The notes under the pieces are model-generated. The model worked only from the letters and a program-made list of their open reading frames with translations, searched no databases and was not told the DNA's origin. A stretch of 64,000 nt of DNA from Dehalococcoidia bacterium (GTDB taxonomy: Bacteria > Chloroflexota > Dehalococcoidia > GIF9 > AB-539-J10), in NCBI GenBank assembly GCA_021157895.1, contig JAGGVQ010000017.1, positions 32,395 through 96,394 on the forward strand, in the 5' to 3' direction. Shown in pieces: positions 29,949 to 38,668 of this stretch. Both the position numbers and the translations under genes were made by a program. The first letter of the stretch is position 1. Each line of letters starts with the position of its first letter.

Positions 29949-30698
29949 ATGGAGCTGATAGGTAAAGTAGCGCTGGTTACGGGTGCTTCCCGGGGTATGG
30001 GGGAGGCCATCTCTTTGAAGCTTGCTAGCCTGGGCGCCAGGGTGGCAGTTAATTATGTTGCCATCGAGCCCACTAACAAGGTTGATGCGGATAATGTTGT
30101 GCAGTCTATAGCCCATCTTGGTGGGGAGGCTATTGCTGTAGAAGCTGATGTCAGGGATGGCGATGCGGTGAAAGCCATGGTACAGGAGATCATTGATAGG
30201 TGGGGCAAGATAGACATTCTGGTGAACAACGCCGGTATCACCCGGGACATGCTGTTATTGAGAATGTCGGAGAAGGCCTGGGATGATGTGCTTGATACTA
30301 ATTTGAAAGGTGCTTACCTGTGTACTAAGTTTGCCCTGCGTTCTATGAGCAGGCAGGGCTGGGGGCGGATCGTTAATATCGCCTCTCTGGCGGGAGTTAT
30401 TGGCAATGCAGGGCAGACTAATTATGCGGCTTCCAAAGCGGGGTTAATCGCTTTTACCAAGAGTGTCGCCAGAGAGATGGGATCTCGTAACATAACGGCC
30501 AATGCCGTGGCGCCAGGCTTCATCAAGACCCTGATGACGGAGAAGCTGCCCGATGAAGTTAAAAGTTCCATCCTGTCAATGACATCACTGCAGCGTTTTG
30601 GGGAGCCTGGGGAAGTAGCGGAGTTGGTAGCTTTTCTCGCCAGCGACAAAGCCAGCTACATAACAGGGCAGGTTATTGGCATAGATGGTGGGGTATAG
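29949..30698 (+). CDS. fabG: 3-oxoacyl-ACP reductase
   Basis: TGASRGMG, NNAG and YAASKAG SDR motifs. 249 aa. Confidence 0.9.
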   Translation: MELIGKVALVTGASRGMGEAISLKLASLGARVAVNYVAIEPTNKVDADNVVQSIAHLGGEAIAVEADVRDGDAVKAMVQEIIDRWGKIDILVNNAGITRDMLLLRMSEKAWDDVLDTNLKGAYLCTKFALRSMSRQGWGRIVNIASLAGVIGNAGQTNYAASKAGLIAFTKSVAREMGSRNITANAVAPGFIKTLMTEKLPDEVKSSILSMTSLQRFGEPGEVAELVAFLASDKASYITGQVIGIDGGV

Positions 30699-30703
30699 AC
30701 TGG

Positions 30704-31594
30704 TTAGTCCGGTTGATCTGTGATGTAAAATCCCAGGTCAAGAAGCCCTTCCCCGTTGTGCACTGCCACTACACCAGGAATTTCACTGATGTAAAGCTCG
30801 TCACACTGGCATTGAGATAGCAACAGCGTCTTTAGCTGTTCTGCATCCTGGGGCACATTGGCATGCACTATGGCAGCATGAATGGGATTCCCTTCTGACT
30901 TCTGTTTGGCGATATCAACCATAGTTTTCATTATCTGCTTACGAGTTCTGGCTCTGGTTACTGGCTCGGTTTTTCCGTCGGTAGAGGCGTCAACCTCGAC
31001 GAGGGTGTGAAAAGTGTTTGTGTGTTGGGCCTCAGCCCAGGATTTAGCCTGAAAGATTCTGCCTCCCTTATCCCGGTAAAATAGTGTTTCGCTTCCTTGC
31101 AATAAGGTCACCCGGGATATTAACCTGTGGGTTAATTCGAGGACTTCATCGATATCTTTGCCTTCACTGATTGCCCTGGCAGTTCCGGTGACCAGCAGTA
31201 GCTCTCCTGCCTCTATCGTGCGAGAATCAATGATATCTATCCTGATGTGGGGCAATTCCTCCTGGGCCAGTTTTTTACCTTCTATGGCGGCCTGATATCC
31301 CTTGGTGAACGGCGACGACATGGAGAAATATAAAATAACCTCTGCTTTTTGAGCCAGCTCCTTGTAGGCTTGGCAGAACTCCGCTGGGGGAGGAAAGGAG
31401 GTGGTGGGCAGGGGTTCCTTGGCGTTCTTCCTGTCCTTGAGTAACTGGTAAAGCCAGGGCATATCGATTTTATTGTCAGGGTAATCTTTGCCATCTACGA
31501 TAGTATGAAATGGCATCGTGGTTAGGCCATACTGCTGCGCAGCTTCCTCAGGTACACAAGCGATACTGTCCGCCATAATAGCTATGCTGCTCAT
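30704..31594 (-). CDS. DegV-family fatty-acid-binding protein
   Basis: 296 aa. N-terminal IAIMADSIACVP and overall DegV pattern. AGGAGGAAG SD. Confidence 0.8.
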   Translation of the reverse strand: MSSIAIMADSIACVPEEAAQQYGLTTMPFHTIVDGKDYPDNKIDMPWLYQLLKDRKNAKEPLPTTSFPPPAEFCQAYKELAQKAEVILYFSMSSPFTKGYQAAIEGKKLAQEELPHIRIDIIDSRTIEAGELLLVTGTARAISEGKDIDEVLELTHRLISRVTLLQGSETLFYRDKGGRIFQAKSWAEAQHTNTFHTLVEVDASTDGKTEPVTRARTRKQIMKTMVDIAKQKSEGNPIHAAIVHANVPQDAEQLKTLLLSQCQCDELYISEIPGVVAVHNGEGLLDLGFYITDQPD

Positions 31595-31647
31595 GTTTCT
31601 TCCTCCTTGCCAAGTGTATCGTAAGCCGATGTATTACAGTTCGATAC

Positions 31648-31679
31648 ATTATATATATAAAGCCGGCATGGTTTGTCAA
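31648..31679 (-). promoter_or_regulatory. Putative promoter of the degV-like gene
   Basis: Minus strand TTGACA followed 16-18 nt later by TATATA within an alternating (TA)n run. Confidence 0.35.
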
Positions 31680-31725
31680 GATAAGTGTGTTCTGCGCTCC
31701 TATATGGAGAAGTATGAAGCCAACC

Positions 31726-31755
31726 TTGACAGGTAAACATGGGGGGATGGATAAT
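31726..31755 (+). promoter_or_regulatory. Putative promoter of the surface repeat protein gene
   Basis: TTGACA, 18 nt spacer, GATAAT. GGGAGGGA SD-like element at 31782-31789 precedes the GTG at 31800. Confidence 0.45.
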
Positions 31756-31799
31756 ATCCCTCAGGGTTTCTTTGTAGTTCCCGGGAGGGACATATCGAG

Positions 31800-32750
31800 G
31801 TGAAATATTCTGTTGTGAATCTCAACTTTGGCAGGGCGGTTACAGGGTTAGGGCGCAGGCCTTTCTTTTTATGGTTTACCCCTGTGCTGGCACTACTGCT
31901 GGTTGTGGCATTGCTGTGGTTTCCTCTTCAGCCAGCGTGTGGCTGAGGCTCCACTAGTTTCACACTGACCGTGGACGTCAGTTCGAGTAATTCAGGTACA
32001 GTACGGATAGACTACAGCATTCCATCTCATTATCCGTTTACAAGTACTTGGACATCTGGTATTACTAAAACGCTTGAGGCATTGCCGGCTGATGGCTATG
32101 TTTTCGACTATTGGACTGGTGCCCTGACTGGCAGTGAAAATCCCGTGAAGGTTGTGATGGGCAGTGACAAGAGCATTATAGCCCATTTTCACAGGCTGGC
32201 AGGTCATACTCTCGCGATGCAGGTTTATGGCAGCGGCACCATCACGCCTGATGTGGGCAACTATAGTTGTGACGACGGGGAGATAGTGAATATCGTCGCT
32301 ACACCAGATGTCGGATGGCTATTTGGTGGTTGGGATGGAGATGGGGTGGCTGACCCCACTTCTGCCGATACCACGGTGACCGTTAACTCGGATAGAACTA
32401 TTACTGCCGTCTTTTATCAGTATCAGCCACGGTATATACTGACCATGCAGACAACAGGTGGTGGGACTGTTACGCCGGGGACTCAAATGTACAATTCGGG
32501 CACTGTTGTTGATATCACGGCTATCCCCATGGAGGGCTGGAAATTTGATGGCTGGAGCGGCAATGTAGCTGATGCTAGCTTAGCTACAACTACCGTGACC
32601 ATCAGTGATAATACCACTATCGTTGCCAACTTTTCCCAGAGCAGGCGGGCGCTATTTGGCTGGCCTATCATTGGAGGGATTATAGCTGGTGGTATAGCGG
32701 TGATAGTGTTGATTGTCTTGCTTGTCAGGCGTCGATTGTACTATTATTAG
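31800..32750 (+). pseudogene. Membrane-anchored protein with three Listeria-Bacteroides-type (Flg_new-like) repeats, interrupted by in-frame TGA at 31944
   Basis: GTG at 31800 opens a 48-codon signal/TM peptide (..GRRPFFLWFTPVLALLLVVALLW..). TGA follows, then the same frame continues GSTSFTLTVDVSS.. into the 31971..32750 ORF. Repeat ends: GYVFDYWTG, GWLFGGWDG, GWKFDGWSG. C-terminal TM helix. Confidence 0.55.
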
Positions 32751-32901
32751 CAAGTGGGGAAAATTAGTTCTTTATTTGGTTGTAAGACAACAAAACCAGG
32801 GGTAAGGGGAGAGATTTTACTCTTCCATCCGTTTCGAATTTCTGCTGCTTAACCTGAATCATTAAGCGGCTCCTTTCCTTCCCGAATAACTGTCTTACTA
32901 C

Positions 32902-34407
32902 ATGCAGGTTGAATTTGTGATGAAGGTAGACAGGGATAACGCAAAGAGCACGCAGAGAATGATACTTGTCTCCAACCGTTTGCCGGTGGCGTTGGATAGG
33001 AGTGACTCTGGTGAATGGCATATCACACCCAGTTCAGGGGGATTAGTGACTGCCCTGGCTCCAATTTTACGAAATACTCGGGGTTTATGGATTGGTTGGT
33101 CTGGTGCTCCCGCTGAGGAGGAGGTTGACCTGGAGCAACTCCTGGCAGCCTACAGGTATTCCGTAGGCTCTATTACCTTAAAGGCGGTTACGCTGACTCA
33201 GGATGAGGTTCAGCATTACTATTCAGGATTTTCCAATGAGACAATTTGGCCATTGTTCCATGATCTTCATTCGCGATGCAAGTTTGACCCTGAAGATTGG
33301 TTGGTGTACCAGGCAGTTAATCGCAAGTTTGCCCAGGCGATCATAGAGAATTCCGATGTGGATGATTGTATCTGGGTTCATGACTATCACCTTCTTCTGG
33401 TCGCCAGGGAGTTGCATGTGATAGATCCTGGTCGTCGAGCTGTGCTTTTTCTTCATACACCTTTCCCTTCCGTGGATATCTACAATAAGTTGCCATGGCG
33501 ACAGCAGATCATGAGGGCATTGCTGGAGTATGACCTTGTTGGGTTTCAGACGCTCCGGAGCAGGAATAATTTCATTCATTGTGCTGAAAGCTTGATCAAA
33601 GGTTTGTATGTTAATGCCAGGAAGCGGTTGGCGGTAATTCAGACTCCATCTCGTGAGCTCAGGGCAGGAGTTTTCCCTATCAGCATTGACTTCAGGGAAT
33701 TTTCCCGGTTAGCTGCTACCAAGGAGGTAGTGAGAAGGTCTATTCAGTTACAGAAGGATATATCTGGTTGCCGCATTATCCTGGGAGTGGATCGCCTGGA
33801 TTACTCCAAGGGTATCTCTCATAGGCTCAGGGCATTTAGAAATGCTCTGGAACGTTTTGAGGACTTGCGCTGCAAGGTGACGCTGGTTCAAATTATTATA
33901 CCCAGCCGTGCACATATACTTGAGTATCAGAAGTTAAAGGCTGAAGTTGATGGGTTGATAAGTGAGATCAATGGCCAATTTGCTGAATCTGGCTGGGTTC
34001 CGGTTCAGCACATGTTTCGTAGCGTGGATCGTGCGGAATTGGCAGCCTATTATCGTGCTGCTGACATGGCATTGGTTACGCCACTGAAAGATGGCATGAA
34101 CCTTGTGGCCAAGGAATACTGCGCGTCCAATGTGGATGAAAATGGCGTGTTGATATTGAGTGAGTTTGCTGGTGCTGCTGTTCAGATGCGCAGAGATGCC
34201 ATGCTGGTGAACCCCTACGATATTGAGGGGGTAGCTAACGCTATCTACAAGGCATATAACATGGGGGGTGCCGAGCGGAAGGACCGCATGAGGAGACTGC
34301 GAAATTCCATACGCAGGCATGGCATTTCCTGGTGGGCAAGTCGTTTTCTTCAAGCAGCCGACTATACAAAGCGGCAATCAACTGTTAAAGTGCAAACCCC
34401 TCAGTAG
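32902..34407 (+). CDS. otsA: Alpha,alpha-trehalose-phosphate synthase (GT20)
   Basis: [18 protein letters not shown] and VHDYHL motifs. The start is uncertain: 32902, 32920 or 32959. Confidence 0.85.
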   Translation: MQVEFVMKVDRDNAKSTQRMILVSNRLPVALDRSDSGEWHITPSSGGLVTALAPILRNTRGLWIGWSGAPAEEEVDLEQLLAAYRYSVGSITLKAVTLTQDEVQHYYSGFSNETIWPLFHDLHSRCKFDPEDWLVYQAVNRKFAQAIIENSDVDDCIWVHDYHLLLVARELHVIDPGRRAVLFLHTPFPSVDIYNKLPWRQQIMRALLEYDLVGFQTLRSRNNFIHCAESLIKGLYVNARKRLAVIQTPSRELRAGVFPISIDFREFSRLAATKEVVRRSIQLQKDISGCRIILGVDRLDYSKGISHRLRAFRNALERFEDLRCKVTLVQIIIPSRAHILEYQKLKAEVDGLISEINGQFAESGWVPVQHMFRSVDRAELAAYYRAADMALVTPLKDGMNLVAKEYCASNVDENGVLILSEFAGAAVQMRRDAMLVNPYDIEGVANAIYKAYNMGGAERKDRMRRLRNSIRRHGISWWASRFLQAADYTKRQSTVKVQTPQ

Positions 34408-34551
34408 CTTTTCTCAGGGGGCCAATTGCTCTCACTGATCTTTTGGCACAACTGCTACCGGGCTATTAGCAGTTCGGTTCTGGATGTGGTTTCTATTGGA
34501 GTAGGTGATTTTGCCTCTCGGGCTAGGGGGGGTCTGGGACAATTGGGCGTG

Positions 34552-34737
34552 TTAGCGATGTCTATCGGTTCTATGCCCTTCGTCTTCTATATCGGTGAAA
34601 CGGCCAATCGGTGCAGTATTGATTTGATTATCCTCCCCGATAAACAGCATTTTAGGGGCTCCATCTTTATCTACGAAGATGTTCAGTATCTTAACCCTCT
34701 CTTCTTTCCCGTCCTCCCGGTGTAGAGTGGCTTTCAC
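34552..34737 (-). CDS. Hypothetical small protein (61 aa)
   Basis: GTG start 6 nt after GAGGA. Own -35/-10 about 100 nt upstream. Charged, non-repetitive sequence. No family recognised. Confidence 0.4.
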   Translation of the reverse strand: MKATLHREDGKEERVKILNIFVDKDGAPKMLFIGEDNQINTAPIGRFTDIEDEGHRTDRHR

Positions 34738-34838
34738 CAGCTTGTCCTCATGCTATTGACCATCTTCTGATTCACTCTCTGAAAGGGGATCATCATTAAT
34801 GCTTCAGGCAGTTATCTGTTTGTATTGTCTTCATTTCA

Positions 34839-34866
34839 ATTATACCTGTCATTGCGGTTAAGACAA
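34839..34866 (-). promoter_or_regulatory. Putative promoter for the 61-aa ORF
   Basis: Minus strand: TTGTCT, 16 nt spacer, TATAAT. Confidence 0.4.
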
Positions 34867-34965
34867 GGTGTCGATGATGGGGAATGGTTGTAGGGGGGCA
34901 CACTGAGTGCAGGCGTGATCTCGGTTATGTAGGAGAGAGGAGGCTGGGAGTAATGGTTGTTGCTC

Positions 34966-35352
34966 TTACTCCAGTAGGTATTCCATGATAATGTTATGAG
35001 CGTGATGGGCTTTGTCACCACCCCTGAACTGGAATTCCTGAGGCTCCATTCCTATTGGGTTGATGGTGAGAGTATCTCCGACGAAAAAGCCTCTTTTGAG
35101 CAGGAATCCCTTGTTGTCCTCGCTGGCCACCGAAGTGATACGGGCATAGGGAATGCTGACCATGGCTTTCTTGCTTTTGAGGAAAGCTTTGTCGTAGTAG
35201 ATCACCCTTTTATCAGTGAACCCGACAAATCCTGATCCGGCACCTTTCAGGTCGAATACAGCCCGGATAAGCTCATCAGGCAGGCATATTCCCTCAATCT
35301 TTTCCAGTTGGTCTTTCTTGTCTACTGCCATATCATCTGCATATTTTGCCAT
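34966..35352 (-). CDS. Bacterial PH-domain (bPH/YokE-like) protein
   Basis: 128 aa. GFVGFTDKRVIYYDK...VSIPYARITSV pattern typical of bacterial PH-like domains. Confidence 0.6.
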   Translation of the reverse strand: MAKYADDMAVDKKDQLEKIEGICLPDELIRAVFDLKGAGSGFVGFTDKRVIYYDKAFLKSKKAMVSIPYARITSVASEDNKGFLLKRGFFVGDTLTINPIGMEPQEFQFRGGDKAHHAHNIIMEYLLE

Positions 35353-35583
35353 TACGATGTAGGCCCTCCTGAGAAAACGTTGTGTGATACATGGTATGTA
35401 TTGGAGTGCTCGCTGTCAATGATGTTAGGGGGGGAGATGAGTATTATGAAGATAGCAAGGAAGTGTCACCCTGTGTCGTTCTCTACTTTTGGGGTGTAGT
35501 AGCTATTGATTTTATTCTTCACTTCATTTAGCATCTCCGATCTGCTATGGTTACTTTTATAATGAAGAAGGAGGGCTGAGAAG

Positions 35584-35919
35584 ATGAGTGAAGCTGGTGG
35601 TAAAACCAGTATGGGCATGGCGCCAAATATAGCTGGATTGCTGTGTTATGTCTTGGGGTGGATAAGTGGGATTGTGTTTCTGGTTGTGGAGAAGGATAAT
35701 CGCTTTGTTCGGTTTCATGCGATACAGTCTATTGTTGTCTTTGGCGTACTTAGCATTGCCAGTGTTATCCTGGGGTATATCCCACACATTGGTGTAGTAA
35801 TCGACTGGTTTATTGGCATACTGGAGCTTATTCTCTGGATAATATTGATGATTAAAGCCTATCAGGGACAGGAATATAACCTCCCCTGGGCTGGTGATTT
35901 TTCTAAAAGGCATGTATAG
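35584..35919 (+). CDS. DUF4870-family small membrane protein
   Basis: NIAGLLCYVLGWISGIVFLVVEKDNRFVRFHAIQSIV pattern. 3 TM helices. GAAGGAGGG SD. Confidence 0.7.
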   Translation: MSEAGGKTSMGMAPNIAGLLCYVLGWISGIVFLVVEKDNRFVRFHAIQSIVVFGVLSIASVILGYIPHIGVVIDWFIGILELILWIILMIKAYQGQEYNLPWAGDFSKRHV

Positions 35920-35963
35920 GAAAGGTGAGGTTGGTAGGATTAGTTGGAAAGGAGACAGGTAAG

Positions 35964-36410
35964 TTGAAGAAAGCAGTAGTGTTAACTTTAGCATTAGTTC
36001 TAGTACTGGGTTCGGTTGGTCTTGTTGCTTGTGGTGGGGGTGGTGGAAATGAAGGGGGTGATGGAGGGGCGTCTGGTGGTTTATCTTGGAGCGATATGCC
36101 AGTTTATTCTGGAGCCAACCAGGTGGCTAAGGGCAGCTGGTCCTTGCCGGCACCGGAAGGAGACTGGGCTACAGTAGAATGGCGTTATTATGAGACCACG
36201 GATAGCGTGGAAGGGGTAGTGACTTATTACAAGTCACAAATGACTGGTAATGGTTGGCAGGGACAATCTTGGGTGGATATAGAGACGCCCCAGAGAATGA
36301 GCTGGGGGTTTTATAGCAAGAACAGCGAGCAAGATGGGGCTGTGGTATGGGTTTACCGTGATAATGAGGAAGGAAAGACTGTCATAGCTTTGATGAGGGC
36401 TGTGAAGTAG
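35964..36410 (+). CDS. Lipoprotein of unknown function
   Basis: TTG start 8 nt after AAGGAGA. Signal peptide ending in the LVAC lipobox, then a Gly-rich linker. Confidence 0.6.
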   Translation: MKKAVVLTLALVLVLGSVGLVACGGGGGNEGGDGGASGGLSWSDMPVYSGANQVAKGSWSLPAPEGDWATVEWRYYETTDSVEGVVTYYKSQMTGNGWQGQSWVDIETPQRMSWGFYSKNSEQDGAVVWVYRDNEEGKTVIALMRAVK

Positions 36411-36422
36411 TTCCTTTCGTCC

Positions 36423-36456
36423 TTGGCCCTTTTCCTGAAGGGCAATATTATATATT
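36423..36456 (+). terminator. Possible intrinsic terminator after the lipoprotein gene
   Basis: TTGGCCCTT-ttcctg-AAGGGCAA hairpin with one bulge, followed by UAUUAUAUAUUU. Confidence 0.35.
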
Positions 36457-36588
36457 TGTGGTTCGTGCTGGAGCGCAGATATTATATTGCTTCCCGGGTT
36501 GCGGCAACCCTGATAGTATTAACTGCCTCCATGGATAGGGGGAGTTATGCAAGTCTAAGCCGGACTTAGGATGGATGGCTGTGTTATC

Positions 36589-37197
36589 TCAGTTTCCGTT
36601 TGTTATACTGGATCCATTCATCTGGGGTCTTGTATTTTTATCTTCTCTGCCGCTTTTCCTGTGTCTGACATAACGTCTGCCGACCCATAAACCCTGGAAG
36701 AAAGCGCGGTTTAGTAAATGCCAGTTATCAGCCGAATTTAACAGGTCCCGGGATATTCCACTCTCGAAGTAGGCGATTTCAATGTGCTTACCCATATTTT
36801 TCACAGCCTGTACTGCATAGGCGAAATCGGCATCTCCAGTTACCATGATAGCTATATCGTAGAAGTTGTTCCATGCGAAAGATAGCAGGTCAGTGGCTAA
36901 CATAACATCTATACCTTTCTCTACGGAAATTCCCTGGGATAATTTTGTACCTCCCAGGCGAATCTCCAGAAGGGGAGTCTTGTGCAGAGAGTCGAGAAAG
37001 TCTTGCTGTTCCCGGTAGCCATCAGGGTTTTGGATATAATCCTGCAATACGTTGTAGTAATATGTTCTAAACAGGCATCTATCTCCGCATAGCTTCTGGG
37101 TAAACTTGGCAAAGTTGAGATCGTGGCGATGAAAATTGCCCTTTAATGCATGGTATAAGTTGCTGCCATCGATGAATATGGCGATTCTATCATTCAT
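36589..37197 (-). CDS. NYN/LabA-like domain protein (predicted RNase fold)
   Basis: IAIFIDGSNLYHA N-terminus and VTGDADF motif. Basic C-terminal tail. Confidence 0.7.
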   Translation of the reverse strand: MNDRIAIFIDGSNLYHALKGNFHRHDLNFAKFTQKLCGDRCLFRTYYYNVLQDYIQNPDGYREQQDFLDSLHKTPLLEIRLGGTKLSQGISVEKGIDVMLATDLLSFAWNNFYDIAIMVTGDADFAYAVQAVKNMGKHIEIAYFESGISRDLLNSADNWHLLNRAFFQGLWVGRRYVRHRKSGREDKNTRPQMNGSSITNGN

Positions 37198-37440
37198 AGA
37201 TTACTCCTTGGGAAATTCCAATTGATGATTGATTATACTTATCCTTATTTCTATTATACCTTGGAACGATTTTCTGGGGTATTTCGTGTTAGGACATGGT
37301 TGGGAATAGTCGCTATTGTGAAAACAGGAGGAAGAGTGGATGATCATTTTCGCTCAGTATATCAGGTCAGACCTGAATAAGATAATGTATTGCAATTCAC
37401 CTGTGTGTCTTGTGTAAGCCTGAGAGTAGGGAGTTAGAAA

Positions 37441-38574
37441 CTACCACTGGACGAACATTGGCATAATGACGTGAACATAATTGTCCACACCTATGGGGTG
37501 AATGACACCGGGGCTTGAAGGGGTGGAGACTTCCAGAGCGATTTGAGATTGTGGTATGGAGGATAGAACATCAGAGAGATATTTCACATTGAAAGCGATC
37601 TTGGCTTCTTCTCCATCCACCAGAGCATCGACTTCACTAACATTATCTCCAATCTCCTCGGCCTGAGCAGAGATAGTTATCTTACCTGCATTGAGATCAG
37701 CGCCAGGAGTGATGAGGAGCCGGATTATGCCGTTGGCATTGCGTGCAAAAACAGAGGACATTTTAGCTACTCTCATGAATTCACTTATGTCTACCACGGC
37801 TCTGGTATTATAGCTTTTAGGGATAACCTGAGAGTAGTCGGGGAAGGATCCCTGAATAAGCTGAGATACTATCTCGACATTCTTGAGGCGGAAGAGCACT
37901 TGGCTCCTTTGCTCGTTTATTGTAATTTCAACAGGATCCTGTTGGTTGCCAAGAAGATGATTTAGTTCATTCAGGGTTCTTGCAGGGATGATCACGGTGT
38001 ATTGTTGTTCTATGGTAGAAGCAAGGGGCATTTTGTGTAATGCCAACCTGTAGCCGTCAGCAGCTACCAGCTTAAGTTGTTCATTCTCAAATTCGGTGTT
38101 GATTCCAGCTAGCACAGGGCGTGATTCTTCTGTGGCGGCAGCGAAGACTACCTGTGTGATTCCCTGTCTTAAGGCATCTGCCTCGATATGGGTGGTTACG
38201 CCGTTATTTATTTGAGGTGTAGGGGGGAAGTCTTCTGCATCAATGCCATTTATGTGGGCGTGGATGCGCCCACTGTTAAATTCTAGCATGTGGCTATTTG
38301 GGGATAACGTGATCTCAATCAAGTCGTTGGGCAGCGAATTGACGAAATCAGTAAGCAATCGTGCAGGAATGGTGATGGCACCTTCTTGTTCTACCTTGGC
38401 TCCAACCCAGCAAGTGGTTGCCATTTCCAGATTTGTGGTTACTAGCTTCAGCTGCGATTGCTCAGCGGCCAATAGGACATTTTGCGTAATGGGCAATGTA
38501 GACCTGGTAGCTACAGACCTGCCAACTATATTCAAGCCCTTACTCAGGTTTTCTTGAAGACAAGATAATTTCAT
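37441..38574 (-). CDS. dnaN: DNA polymerase III beta sliding clamp
   Basis: 377 aa. MKLSCLQENLSKGLNIV start and three-domain clamp length. No dnaA adjacent. Confidence 0.9.
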   Translation of the reverse strand: MKLSCLQENLSKGLNIVGRSVATRSTLPITQNVLLAAEQSQLKLVTTNLEMATTCWVGAKVEQEGAITIPARLLTDFVNSLPNDLIEITLSPNSHMLEFNSGRIHAHINGIDAEDFPPTPQINNGVTTHIEADALRQGITQVVFAAATEESRPVLAGINTEFENEQLKLVAADGYRLALHKMPLASTIEQQYTVIIPARTLNELNHLLGNQQDPVEITINEQRSQVLFRLKNVEIVSQLIQGSFPDYSQVIPKSYNTRAVVDISEFMRVAKMSSVFARNANGIIRLLITPGADLNAGKITISAQAEEIGDNVSEVDALVDGEEAKIAFNVKYLSDVLSSIPQSQIALEVSTPSSPGVIHPIGVDNYVHVIMPMFVQW

Positions 38575-38668
38575 AACAGTATTGAGAGAACTTGTGGTAG
38601 TATACTATCAATGCCTGTGGCCGTCAATCAATATGAGCTATGAGTGCAGGACGCACTGGTGGCATTAT

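Noticed and set aside
31944-31982. Selenocysteine recoding of the in-frame UGA (context C-G-UGA-G with a downstream hairpin).
   Set aside because: The hairpin is short. A Sec residue at a signal-peptide junction has no functional rationale. No sel genes are in the window. The idea is kept only as something to exclude within the pseudogene/readthrough finding.
34426-34725. Plus-strand 99-aa ORF overlapping the 61-aa minus-strand ORF.
   Set aside because: It has a TTG start without an SD or promoter, and a hydrophobic/odd composition. The opposite-strand ORF has better expression signals.
37340-37417. 25-codon micro-ORF (MIIFAQYIRSDLNKIMYCNSPVCLV) with an AGGAGG 8 nt upstream, convergent on dnaN. 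It contains the palindrome CAGGTCaGACCTG.
   Set aside because: Too short to evaluate from sequence alone, and nothing supports coding.
37441-38668. Possible replication origin near dnaN.
   Set aside because: There is no dnaA gene and no cluster of TTATCCACA-like boxes in the flanking gaps. The only box-like match (TTGTCCACA) lies inside dnaN coding sequence.
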